DNA of 64,000 bases, taken from contig QPMI01000483.1 in assembly GCA_004431415.1 (NCBI GenBank), forward strand, positions 328,556-392,555, given 5' to 3'. Below, one piece after another: positions 50,254-62,500 of this stretch. The notes beneath the pieces are model-generated. The model was given only the letters and a program-made list of their open reading frames with translations, had not been told where the DNA came from and ran no database searches. The translations under genes and the position numbers were made by a program. The first letter of the stretch is position 1. The number at the start of each line of letters is the position of its first letter. The stretch comes from Cyanophora paradoxa CCMP329 (taxonomy: Eukaryota > Plantae > Glaucophyta).

Positions 50254-53200
50254 ATGGAGCAAACGCTGTCAGGCCTAGGACTAGCAGGGAACATCGACAA
50301 GGCGAGAAGCCATACCCGCGCACCTCGATTGCAGCCCCTGTTACCCGCTAACGCTCGCTCCGCTTGCAGATGCTTCCAATACCTCCGGATCGGCCTCCGA
50401 TCCCAAGCACGAGCGGGCCCGGTACACGCCGCGCCCCCGCACTTCCGGCGCCCAACGGGAGGCCCTCACGCACTCGCTCCGCGCTGCGTTTCGTGCACAG
50501 CCTACCAGGTTCGAGCCTCGAGCGCAACTCAAGCCCCGGCGATCGCTCTGGAGAACATCATTGGGGTTACGGGACGCGTCCTAGCCGTGCACCCGCACAG
50601 TGACATTGTGGTCTACGCAGCAGGCGAGCTATTCGTCTCGCATTCTTTATTCCGATCGTATCGCTGATCGCCCGCTACGCAGGCACCGTGCTGGTTCTTT
50701 GGAACTGGCGCCTTGATAAACGGGTGTTCCTGCGGGTGCGAGGCGCAAGAGCAGCGCGATTCCCGGCAAGCTTGCGACTCGGCCGCTCATTTCCAGTGTT
50801 TCGCGCAGGGCCACGCGAACGCGGTTTCTGCAGCAGAGTTCGATCCAACCGGGTCTTGCCTCGTCACGGCGGACTCGGGCGAGGAAGCGACGATGATTTG
50901 CTGGGATTTGCAGAGAGGCGCGGAGAGCTACCGCGCTTCCCGCGTATCGGAGCCCGGGTTCGTTTCGCGCCGGCTCGCTTCCTCTCCGGGTGTCTCTCGG
51001 GCCGGCTGTTCGAGCGGGGCGCGCAGGGGCGCGCGGGCCGTGGCGATCACCTCGCTGGCGTTCAGCGGAGACGCCCAGATCCTGGTGACGGTGGAGGGCC
51101 AGCCCGACGGCCGCATGTGCCTCTGGCAGTGGAACCCGACCTTCTCGTGCGGCCGCCCCGCCCCGCCCCGGCCCGCCGCCCCGCCCTGCCGGCGCGGCCG
51201 ACGCGGGGCCAGGCTGGAGGTGTACGCGCCGCTGCACAATGCGACGCCGTGCATGAAGGTCCTCTTCTTCCCCTCCTCGCTCACCTTCGTCACCCTGGAG
51301 CCGGCCGAGGTCAAGTTCTGGTCCATCGTACCCGACCAGGTCCCGCCCCTTCCTTTCCCTTCCTTTTCCGGGGCGCGCGCGAGCCGGCGCAGGGCGACGT
51401 GGCGGTGCTGGCGCGGCGGCCGGTCGGGGGGCAGCACGGGGGCGGCGGGGCGGGGGGCGGGGCGAACGGGGCGGCGAACGGGGTGCTGGAGGTGTACACG
51501 GACGCGGCGGTCTCGGCGAGCACGGGCCTGCTGGTGGCGGCGACCTCGGCCGGCGAGCTCCAGCTCCTCGACCGCACCGGCGTCTGCGTCAACGTCATCC
51601 GCCGCCCCGGCGTCGAGCTGCGCGGCGTCGCCGTCGGCTCGGAGCGCGTCGTCGCCGGCACCAGCGCCGGCTCCCTCCTCCTCTTCCACGCCGAGTCCCT
51701 CGACTTCGAGAAGCAGGCGCGCCCCCTCCCCTCCTCCTCGGCCCCCCGCGCCCTCCCCGCTGACGCCGACCGGCCACGCAGGCGCCCTTCCAGCACCGGA
51801 TCCGGCAGCGGCACGCGCTCTCGGCGTCGGGCCCGCGGCCGACGGGGGCGGTGGGGCGGGTGGTGGAGGCCGGGGCGGCGGTGCGGGCGGCGCGCGTGGC
51901 CGGCGGGGGCGAGCACCTCGTGATCGCCTACGAGGACGCCTCGGTCGTCGTCCTCCACATCGCCTCCTGCGAGGGTCCGCCGCCGCCCCCCGCCCCGCGC
52001 CGGCGCCGCCCCGCGCCGTGGCGAACGTCGGGGGCAGTGGTGCAGTACACGCTGGGGTGCTTTGGGGAGGTCTGCGCGGTGGCGGCGGACCCCGAGCGCC
52101 CCTCGGCCCTCGCCGTCGCCTCCACCGAGCAGACCGTCGCCCTCTGGGAGACCGCCGACTCCTCCGGCAAGGCCCGCCGCCCCCGCCCCCCCGAGCCCCG
52201 AGCCCCGCCGCCGGGCCCCCGCCGAGCCCCGGGGCACCGCAGGTCCAGATCCTGGACGTCCCGCAGGCGATGCACCGCTCCCTCTCGTACCTCTCGTCGC
52301 TGCCGCAGGCGGGGCGGCTGCGGGCGACGCGGCAGCGGATCCCCGTGCCCGGCGTCCCCGTCGACGGCGTCTGGGTGACGGCGGCCGAGTTCCACCCGGA
52401 GGGCCGCGTGCTCGCATGCGGGGACAACCACGGCTACCTGCGCATGTTCGACACGCACAGCGGGGCGCTCCTCGCGGCGGTGGACGCGCACGGGTCGCCG
52501 GTGACGGGCCTCTCGCTCTCGCGGGACGGCGCCATGGTCCTCGCCACGCACGCCGACGGCCGCGTCCTCCTCTTCGAGGTCGCCGCCGGCCTCCGCCTCA
52601 TCGCCGCCGTCGAGGAGGGCTCACCCGCCGCCCACGCCGCCCCGCCCTGCGGCGCCCTCATGGTCCCCTCCCCCAAGAAGGCCGGCGAGGATGCCGGCCA
52701 GCAGCGCATCCGGGCGCACATCAACGTGCTCCTCATGGTCTCCCCCCGCGAGATCCTCCTCGTCCAGGTCGTCAAGACCGCCGTCTCCTGCGAGGTCCCC
52801 TCCCCCGCCCCGCCCCGCCCCGCCGGCGGCGCCCCCGGGGCTGACGGGCGGGGCGCGCAGCGGCTGGTGGTGCGGGCCTTCTCGGTGGACGGGCTCTGCA
52901 CGGGGATGGCGGTGCACCCGTCGGGCGAGTACCTCCTCGCCGCCTCCTCGGCCGGCACCGTCCAGATCTGGCACCTCGTCTCGGGCCAGCTGCGCGGCAC
53001 CATCCGCGTCGGCCCCTCCGCCAGCCTCCTCGCCCTCGACCCCGCCGGGCTCTACCTGGCGACCTACGTGGCGGCGCGGCCGGAGGCGGGGCAGGGGCAG
53101 GGGCCGGGGCGGGGGCGGGTGGCGCTGCACGAGGTGCTGACGGGGCGGGGGGCGGGGGAGGTGGAGGGCCTGCCGGCCCCCGCCGCCCTCCGCTTCACGC

Positions 53201-53883
53201 CGGACGGGCACCGCCTCCTCGCCGGCTGCGAGCTCGGCGTCGTCGCCTCCCTGCGCCTCCCCGAGGCCCTCCAGAAGAGTGCGCCCCGCCGCCAGCGCCC
53301 CTCCGAGCGACCGCCCGCCGGCCTGACGCGGCGGCGGGGGCGGCAGACATCGCCCAGGTCCAGCAGGCGTCGGCCACCGTCCCCAACTTCTGGTCCGCCT
53401 TCCCCATCTTCATCAAGCCCTCCCCGCCCGCCCCCGGCTCCAGCTCGCCCCGCGACCTCCACGGCACCGCCTCCGCCGGCCCGCCCCCCATCTCCCTCCC
53501 CTCCCAGGCCCTGCCCCTCTCCCCCGCCTACCCCCTATCCCCCTCCGCCGCCGCAGCGGCCGCAGCCGCCGCCGCAGCAGCAGCCGCCGCCGCCGGTTCC
53601 TCCCTCGGGGTCGGGGCGGGGGGCAGCCCTCGGGGGGCCCCCCTCGCCGGGAGCCCACGCACGGCCCCCCTCGCCGGCAACGCCGCCGCCGCCGCAGCCG
53701 CCGTCGCCGCCGCCGCCGCCGCCGCCAACCCGCTCGCCGCCAACCCGCTCGGCGGGCCCCGGGCCTGGGCGCGCTGACCGGCAACTCCCTCGCTGCAGCG
53801 GCCGCCGCCGCAGCCGCCGCCGCGGCCGGCGGCAGCGTGCCGAGCCCTGCGGGGGTAACCAACCCGCGGCCGCGGCCGCGGCC

Positions 53884-53915
<32 letters not shown>

Positions 53916-54965
53916 GCAGCAGCAGGGCCAGAGGCTGCCGGGGTACCTGGGCGCTGCGCGGCACATCTTCGACGAGCCGGCGGGGGCGCCTCCGCGGCGC
54001 TCCTCCTGGTCCCCGTCCCCCAACCCCGCGGTTGCCACCATCCCGCCGCCCTCTCCGGGCACCCCGCCCCCGTCCTCCGCCGCGGCGGCGGCAGCAGCCG
54101 TCGCCGCAGCGGCGGCAGCGGCCGCCGCCGCCGCCGGCCACAAGATGAGTGCGGCGGAGGAGGCGGCGGCGGCGATGTCGGCGGGCTGGCCGGCGGGGGT
54201 CGCCCCCGCGGGGGCGTACGCGGCCGGCTGGGACTGGAAGGCGGTGGCGGCTCAGTACCGGCAGCGGGCGATCGAGGCGTACGCGGCGCAGGCTCAGGCG
54301 GCGGCGGCGCAGCAGGCGGCGGCGGCGGCGCTCTACGCGGACGAGCTGCGGCGGCGGGTGCCGGCGACCTACTCGCCGGCGGAGGAGATGCTGGCGAGCC
54401 AGATCGCGGCGTACCACAGCCCGGCGGCCTTCGCCCCGATCTCGCCCGTGCAGTGGACGGCCTCGCGGCTGCAGGCGGCGATCGCGGCCGGCTCGCTGGG
54501 CGCCGACGAGCTGGGCGGGGCGGGGGCCCTCCTGCGCCGCTCCATGACCCCGCCCCCGGGCCGCGCCGACTCGATGGCCGCCCCGTCGCCCGCCGCATGG
54601 GCCGCGACCGCGGGCCCCCGCGCCCCGCCCCCGCCCTCGGGCGGCGGCGGCTCCATCGACGAGCTCGACATGTCCCGCTCCCGCCCGTCCTCCCCTCCAA
54701 GAACCCGCCCCGCCCCAAGAACATGCCCCGCGACGCGCCCCCTCCCGACTCCGCCGCCTCCTCCTCCGCTTCGGCCGGCGCGGCCGCTGGTGCCGGCGCG
54801 GGGGCCGCCCCCTCAGGGGCCCCCGCGGCGACCCCCGGCCCGAGCGCCCCGGGCGAGGCGGCAGCGTCCGTCGCCGGCTCGCTCGCAGGCATGAGCCTCT
54901 CCGACTCTGCAGGGGCCGCCACGGGGCCCGGCGCCGGTCGCGACGCGCCGGCCGCCTCGTCCTGA
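50254..54965 (+). CDS. WD40-repeat protein, WDR62/MAPKBP1-like, with a Pro/Ala-rich tail
   Basis: LENIIGVT...VVYAAGTVLVLWN; GHANAVSAAEFDPTG; FHPEGRVLACGDNHGYLRMFD...VDAHGSPVTGL; LDPAGLYLAT...LRFTPDGHRLL. Confidence 0.75.
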
Positions 54966-55599
54966 GGCGCGCCGCCTCCGACCCCTCTTCCCCCGGTGCT
55001 CCCTTTCGGCTTCGCTTCCAACCGACCTTGTCGCACTTTCACAAGCACAGTGAGGCAGTGTTTTTCTAGCGGGGGGTTGCTCCTTGTCCAGCATAAGGGA
55101 TGTCCAGGCTCCACAATTTAAATCGTAGGTGGCAGGCGCGTCTGATTTTTGACGTCTGCTTTCGATTCGGGCCTGTGTGGCCCGCTTGTGTCCAGCGCAC
55201 CAGTATTTTTAAGTCTTCCATTCCTCGTATAGGCGGCTCCATCCGCACCAATTCTGTCTAATTTCAAGCTCTGGTAGTGAGAAGGCGCTGGCGCGGGGCC
55301 CGTAGCCCCGTGTACATGTATACGTACGTGTGACTCGGTTTCATGTGTATTGTTCGCATTTGGACACGTACTCAAAACGCAGGTCCGGGCTACAAGTGTG
55401 GGAATGTACACTGCGGCCGCCGCGGCCGCGGGCCCAGCCCACCAGCGAACTGGCCAGCCGGGCCCTGCGTGGCCCCCTAAGGAGAGTAATGCGCCTCCCC
55501 GCGGACACTCTGGCTAGCTAAATAGCTACAGGTGCCCGCATGCGCGGCGTGGTGCTGCATCGCGTCTTGTGGCGGCGGGGGGTCGCCTCGGGGCGGTGG

Positions 55600-56169
55600 C
55601 GGGAGCCCCTACAGGCCCACGGAGGGGCCCGACATGGAGTCAGCCTGCGCCAGGGGCGAAGTGGGTCAGATCGAAATCGAAAGGTCTTGAGATCCAAATG
55701 AAATCAAACGGGGGCGCACTCGATCGACGAGCCTCCCACCCAGAGGAGCGCCTGCGCGGGCGGAGGACGATCAGCCGCCGAGCAGGCCGACGCTCCAGGG
55801 CACCTGCGCGCGCGGTGCGCACCTGGGGCGCGTCTTGGGCGGGAGCCCCTACAGGCCCTGTGGGGGGCCCGACATGGAGTCAGCCTGCGCCGGAGGGCGA
55901 AAAAGGGGGTCAGATCGATATATCGATCTCGGTGGATCTCGCCGGCGGGGCCTTGGGCGGGGTCCAGTGCGAGGACAGATCAGTCGCTTGAGCTCGCGGT
56001 GGATCTCGCCGGCGGGGCCTTGGGCGGGGTCCAGTGCGAGGACAGCTTCGGCGAACTGCGGGAGGCTCGCGATGCACTGCACGGGCGCGTTGATGTAGCA
56101 CATGTTCGCCCCGGGCGGGTTCGGCAGCCCGCGCCGAACGCCATTCTGGTCGCCCCCACGCGTTTCCAT
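55600..56169 (-). pseudogene. Rearranged fragment of a ubiquitin-specific protease (peptidase C19)
   Basis: Cys box RGLPNPPGANMCYINAPVQCIASLPQF and a QQD-like box (AQADSM) present twice. Internal direct duplications; no His box. Confidence 0.7.
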
Positions 56170-56555
56170 CAACAAAAGGGATGGCAAAACGCAAACGGTA
56201 GAGCGATAGCGAGCCGCGTTTGAGGGTGCCAGAGAACGAGTGCTAGCAAAAAGTGGGTGGTGAGAACCGCGGGGGGCTAGCAAAAGAGTGCCGGCGCTCG
56301 GAACACGGAATGCAAACGCGCTCGGTGACCGTAGCGTACGCGCGCATGCCGCACGGCCGCACCGAGGGAGTGTTCATCGTCGCGTCCGTAGTCTGGTGCG
56401 CGCGTCAGTGTGCTGTACAGCAACAGCAACGCGTATGGTAGTGGTAGTGTAAACTACCTCGGACTCAGGCGTATGTGGCTGGTCGGCGCGGCTAGCGCTG
56501 GTCTGTTGTTAGCGTGCAGGGGTACGCATGAAGACCAACGTGCGCGACTTCGAAT

Positions 56556-56682
56556 ATTCGTCCAACTTTCTTCCAACTTCCGTTCAATTGCATGGTACGT
56601 ACTTTCGTCCAATTTTCAATTTCGTATTGGTACTTTCGTCCAACTTTCGTCCAACTTTATAATTAAAAACTTTCGTCCAATT
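56556..56682. repeat. AT-rich array of ACTTTCGTCCAA-like 12-mers
   Basis: ttcgtccaa occurs five times, plus variants, directly abutting the dispersed repeat. Confidence 0.85.
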
Positions 56683-56689
56683 ATTGCAA

Positions 56690-56924
56690 TTGGGGAAGGG
56701 GAAATCACTTCCGAGGTTCCCCTAGCCTGTCCCTGTCCCTCGGGAGCCAACCCCACCCCAAATCCCGTTTCCCCGACTTCCTCAAAACCCGGGCCGCGCG
56801 GTACACCCTGAAAGCCCATCCCTAGGCCTAGGGGACCCCGGAACCAAGTCTCCCGGCCGGTCCCGTCCGACCAAGCCCAAGGGCGACCCAGGAACGGGCA
56901 CCAACACCCGGGACAAAAATGGGT
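56690..56924 (+). repeat. Dispersed repeat, copy 2
   Basis: Homologous to 25190-25395 with small insertions. Confidence 0.9.
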
Positions 56925-57389
56925 GCAATCCGCGGAACTTCGGCAGTGCACGTGCAATTGCGAAGTCAACTAGTCGACTCGAATTCATGATGCTCGCACT
57001 GCGACAGTTGATCATGAGGCTGAGCTCAAAGACTCTGGGCGCGGGTACGTATACGTATACGTGGATGTGCATGCGACCTCACTGAGTCAAGTTGGGCCTT
57101 CACATGCCATGATGTAATAGCTGCATTTCACTCAGTGACTCCCCCAACGTTGCACCGCTACTGTTCCGTGGCACCGCCATGGCCACTGCCCCCCCGCCAT
57201 ACACGACCCAGTGTGTCGCGAGCGCCATTGCCAAGTTCAAAATTTCTTTCCTGTATACTCCTTTCCTAGATCACGACTACTGGTACAACATCTGCTTGCG
57301 TCCTAGGTCTCAACGCAGAGCGAATCAGGGAATCAAAACTGCCTTGACTGCAGCCAATCCTGGCGCCCAAGGGGGCGTCCGGAGGACGC

Positions 57390-59358
57390 TTAGTAGGCGT
57401 CGTCGCCCTCGGCGTTGAGGCCGGCCATCCGGCTCTTGACGCCGCGCGAGCGGAGGTCCGCGGCGATGGTGCGCTCGTCGGCGAGGTCTGCGCGCGGCGC
57501 GTCAGCGACGAAACGGGGGCGAGGCGCGCGGGTGCGGGGGCGGGGCTCGAGACGCACTGGCGACGTACTCCTCCGCCAGCTTGACCTCCTGGACGAGGCG
57601 CATCTCGTTCGAGAGGCGCTCGCCGTAGGTGAGGAGGGTCTGGAGTGTGATCTGGGGCTTGCGGAACTCCGGGAGCGGGGTCTTGGTGTTCACGATGCGC
57701 TTCGACAGGTTCTCAACGCCGGTCGTCTCGATGAACTTGCTGCGCCACGCGAAAAGGAACGGTAAGGAAACAGCGCGCTCAATCTGCCGCGGCAGAACGG
57801 GGCTGACCGGATCTCGTCGTCGTAGATGCGGGAGCGGAGCGAGCCGAAGAAGTCGATCGAGCGGTCGGGGAAGTGGTCGACGAGGGCGGCAACGTCGTTC
57901 TCCGAGATGCCGTCCTCCTTGAAGATGCCCCAGCACACGCCGATGCGGTCCTCGCGGGTCGGGTTCCAGTAGAACTTCTCCATACGGCCGTCACGGATGA
58001 GCGGGGCGTACAGGGTGGCGAAGTCGTTGCCAGTCACGACGATCGGGACGCGGGGGAGATCCTCAGCGTTGTACATGCCGGGCATCTGGGGCGCCGGCGG
58101 TCAGGGCGACCGGCGCCGGATCGAATTCGAGGCGCTCGCACCTGGACGTTGGTGGGGTTGTCGGCGATGTTCATGAGGGTGGCGTTGACCATCTGGTTGT
58201 TGACGGTGTACTGGGTGGTGCCGCCCATACGGCCAGCGCCGGCATCCAGATCGTTGATGTGGAGCACGCACATCTTGCCCTTCTTGATGACCTCCGCCGC
58301 CTCGCGGTAGCGCTGGCGGATGAGCTTCGCGGGCTCACCAGCGCTGGCGTCCTCGAGCTCGCCGGAGCTCATGAGGATGGGCTCAATGCCGAGCGCCTTG
58401 TAGACGAGCTCGCACTGGAAGGACTTGCCCTGGCCCTTGCCACCCCAGATGCCTAGAGTGCGAGTTTAAGAGAAACGAAAGACCGATGGAGCGCGCAGGC
58501 TAGGCGAACCGAGGATGAGCGGGACCTTGACCTTGGGCAGGTCGAGGAAGTTCTTGGTGATGTGGAGGACTGCGCGCGCAGGCCACGATCAGCCCGTGCA
58601 CTCTACAACGTACGACAGAAAGCGCGCGGCAATGGTCCCCGGCGCACCAATCTTGTCCATGAAGGTGGGGCAGATGTAGAAGTCGCCCTGGATGTTGCCG
58701 AAGGTGCGCTTGGCGGTGTTGTAGTACTCAATAGAGTCCTGGATCACAACGTGGGTCGAGCCGAGGCCCATGCCGGCGCCCTGGAACTTCTTGTCGACCA
58801 TGCCGCGGCCGCGGCGGATGTCGAGCTGGTCGTTGCCGGCCGACGAGTCGTTGGCGAGCGACGAGCCCCAGCCGTCCGAGTAGCCACCGCCGGACTTCTT
58901 GGGCGCCGGAGGCGCGGAGTAGCCGCCGTCGGGGCTGAAGCTGCCATCGGGGTTGAGGCCGGCCTGGACCGAGAACTCGACCTTGCCCGCCGCGACCTTG
59001 GCGCCGGCAAGGGGGTTGAAGAAGAACGAGCTCTTCTTCTCCACGCTGCCAAAAGCCGCCGCCTTCACGCTGCGCGCCAGCCGATCAGCGCGCGCAACGC
59101 CGATCATCGAGCATATCCGGCATCGGCGCGCGCGCGCGACATCTGCGAAACGCTCTCACCTCTTGACCTCCTGGGCGACCTGATCGGAAGAAACGAATCG
59201 CACATGAGATTCGGCCGACGACGGGTTGCGCGCAACCGCCCCAATAATCGGCGTCCGTGGCACGGGTCGGGCCCGCAGCTCACCTTGCAGGTCTTGGAGG
59301 TCGAGGCGGTGGCCGGAGCCGACGAGAGGGCCGCGACGGGGGTGCCGACGAACGCCAT
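57390..59358 (-). CDS. rca: Rubisco activase (green-type AAA+), plastid-targeted
   Basis: Transit peptide [14 protein letters not shown]; [10 protein letters not shown]; [20 protein letters not shown]; [39 protein letters not shown]; [24 protein letters not shown]. Confidence 0.97.
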
Positions 59359-59567
59359 TTGGCTGAACGAACTATGAGGGGGTGGCTCAGGAAATCGGCC
59401 AAGTCGACCAGGCTATTCTTCCCCCCCTCTGGGGGGGCAAGTTTCGACCCATTATTGCTGAGGTCTAGCCCAAAAGACTCCGGCTCGACTCCACGTGTGG
59501 TCGTTTGGACGACGAGGGCGTTCACCCGCGGCCGGGCCCCCCGGCGTCCCGCGGCGGGCGGCGCGAC

Positions 59568-62500
59568 ATGCACGCGTCTACGTCAGGCTCTACAGATGCG
59601 CACGCGTCACATCCTACGCTGACGGCCGTGCACGGAGCGCCCTACACGGGCAAAACGTGGTTATGTCTAGATCGGCTCGAGCCGACCACGCGGCGCGTAG
59701 CAGGAAAGCCGCCGCATGTCGAGAAGCGAGACGCGCTGCGCCTCCTGGAGGCGGGCGAGCGCAATGTCCTCCTCGACGACGGCGCGCTGGCGCCGGCGCT
59801 CCTGAAGAAGATCGCGGATGAGGCGGCGGCGCGGGTTCCGAAGGCGTACCTGCAGCTGTACGCCGTGCGCGCGGCGGGCGGCGAGCTGCAGAGCCACTGG
59901 GCGCGCGAGTGGGCGATCTCGGAGGCGATGACCTACGGCGAGGGGCCGGAGCGGGAGCCGGCGCTGGCGTGCCGGCACGCGCTCGCCGCGCCGTACGCGC
60001 CCATCCCCGAGGGCGCCTCGACCGCCGACATCGAGGCATGGTACCGCAGGCGCGCGCGCCCCGCCCCCGCGCGCCGCGCCGCGCGCCGACGCGCCCGAGC
60101 GGGGCGCAGGCCGGCGAGCGTGCCGGGGCGGGAGGAGGTGGGGATGGACGTCGTGGACAACGCGCCCTGCCCGATCCGGTGGACGGCGCCGCACGCGCCG
60201 GGGCGCCCGGGCCTCTTCGTCGACCCCGACGCCCTCCTCGAGCTCCGCCGCGGCCTCGGCGCCAGCGCGCCCCGCCCCGCCGCCCTCGCCGCCCTCGCCG
60301 CCTGGGCCCCCCGCTTCCCCTCCGCCAGGCCCGCCCCTCTCTCCCGGCGGCGCCGCGCGCCCTGCTGAACGCGGGCAGGGTGGTGGTGGTGGCGGACATG
60401 GCGCGGGTGCTGCCGCGGGTGCTAGGGAGGGGGTCGGGGGCGGGGACCCGGCGGCGCCCGCCCGGGAGGAGCTGCTGCGGCTGCTCGCCGACGCGGCGGG
60501 GCGCGCGGGGGTGCCCCTCCACCTCGCCGCCTGCGAGGGGGCCCCCGGGGCCCCTGACTTCGCCCGCCCGCCCCGCCCCGGCCTCTTCGCCTTCGCCCAG
60601 GTGCCTCCTCCCCCCGCCTCCCGCCCCGCCCCCCCAAGCCCCTGCAGCACCGGCACGAGCTGGAGCTGGGGGCCTGCCTGCTGCTCTCCCCCGAGGAGCC
60701 GGGGAGGCCTCCCGCGACCTCGCCGCCGCCGCCGCCGCCGCCGGCCTCCCCTCCCGCACCGCCCCGAGCTCGCCTCGGCCGACCCCCGCGCCGCCCCGCG
60801 GCCCCCGCTCCCGCCCTTCCTCGAGCTCCCGGGCCCAGCCTCGTGCACGCCCCGTCCCCGCCCTGCGACGACTGCTCCGTCCGACCCTCCCCCGCCCCCG
60901 CGTCGGGTGCGCGCCGCCCTCCTCCTCTTTCCACCGCCCCTCCCTTCGCCCACCCCCCGCAGGGCGCTGGAGCGCCGCTCGGGGCGCCTGCACGTCACCG
61001 TCGGCCCCTTCCGGCCCCGCGTGCGCCCTCCCCGTACCCCCGCCCTCCCCGCCCTCCCCGGCGCGCGCCTTCCCCGCGCCCTCCCCGACGCGGCGCGCGC
61101 CAGGAGGGCCCGCCGCCGGCGCGGCCGCCGCCCAGCCCCTTCTTCACTCCCCCGAAGTGCCCCGGCCCGCCGCCCCCGCCCCGCCGCGACCGGCGCGCCT
61201 GGCCCGGAGGAGGAGGCGGCGTGGCGGGCGGCGCCCGAGGAGGCGGTGCCAGCGGTGACGGCGGAGACGGCAGCGGCCGCCGGGGGCCCCAGGGCCGATT
61301 GGAGGAAAGCGCGACTCATCCTCTCAGACGGGAAGGCGCGCTGGCCCCCCCGCCCGCGCCTCGCGAGCAAACAAAGTCAGAGGCGGGTCGACAGCTGACG
61401 GGCGTGGAGCGGCGCGGGCTGCTGGTGACGGCGCGCTGCCAGGGCTCCGGCGCCGAGGCCCGCCCGCCGCCCGCCCTTCGCCCGCCCCGAGCGCCGCCTA
61501 GCGCCCCCGAGCGCCCGCGCAGGTCTACGAGCTGCGGCTTGCCCTCGCGGACCGCCGCGATGCCGGCCCGCCCCGCCCCCGGCCCCCTCCCCAGTCCCCC
61601 CCTCTGACGTCTCCTCTCTGCGGCAGACGCCGGCCTGGTGGCGCACAGCGCCTGCACGTGCCTCTTCTTCGAGCACGCGCGCCCCGAGCCCCGTGCGCCC
61701 CTCCCCGCCCCCCCCCCTCCCCCCCCCCCCCCCCCCCCCCCCCGCTCCTTACTCCCCCCGCAGCGAGCGCCCACGGCAAGCGGGAAACCCGATGGTCCGT
61801 TCTCCTTCTCTCTCCTGGGTTCCTTAAACGTTTCTGACGGGGTACCCCCCAGCGCGCCTGCAAGCACCTGTACGCCCTCCTCTGTCACCTCTACAACGCC
61901 GCGGTACCCCCTTTCGCTCTGTCCCCGCTCCGCTTTCCGCCCTGCTGACCGCGGGGCAGGAGGGACGATCTCCCGTGCGGGCCCCGGGAGCCCGCCCGCG
62001 CTCCCCCCGCCGACCGGCGCCGCGCAGCGCGACGCAATGGGTGCGCACGAGTTGGAGCGACTGCAGGCGGCCGCCGGCGCCCGCTCCCACGCCCCCCGCC
62101 CCTCCGCCGCCGCCGCCTCCTCCTCCTCCTCCTCCTCCTCTGTGCCCGCCCCCGCCCCGCGCTCCGAGCCGGCGGCCGCTCGGGGACGTCCCTCTCCGGC
62201 GCCGGCCGCCTCGGCCCCGGCCCCGGCCCCGGCGCCCCGCGCAGGGCCGGCCGCGGCGGCGGCGCCGGAGGTGGTGGACCTGGAGGCGGCGGAGGCGGCC
62301 CCGTCGGCCCCGGCGCAGCCGCCCAGCGCCCCCTCGTCCCCGCCCGAGGCCCCGCCCCGCCCCGCCCCCCGCAAGCTCCCCTCCTGGATGGGCGCTCCCG
62401 CCGGCAAGCCGGCCAAGCGGCCCCGGTGCGACCCGCCGGGCCTCGCGCGCCCTTCCGCTCGCCAACGTCCGACCACCCCGCGCAGAGCGGCCGCCGCGGC

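Noticed and set aside
1-54965. Functional cluster of ciliary/centrosomal genes (RPGRIP1L, CEP164-like, WDR62-like, TSNAXIP1-like)
   Set aside because: They are dispersed among unrelated genes, and ciliary genes are numerous in flagellates, so chance is sufficient.
56437-56450. CACTA-type terminus (gtagtggtagtg)
   Set aside because: No matching opposite end or TSD was found.
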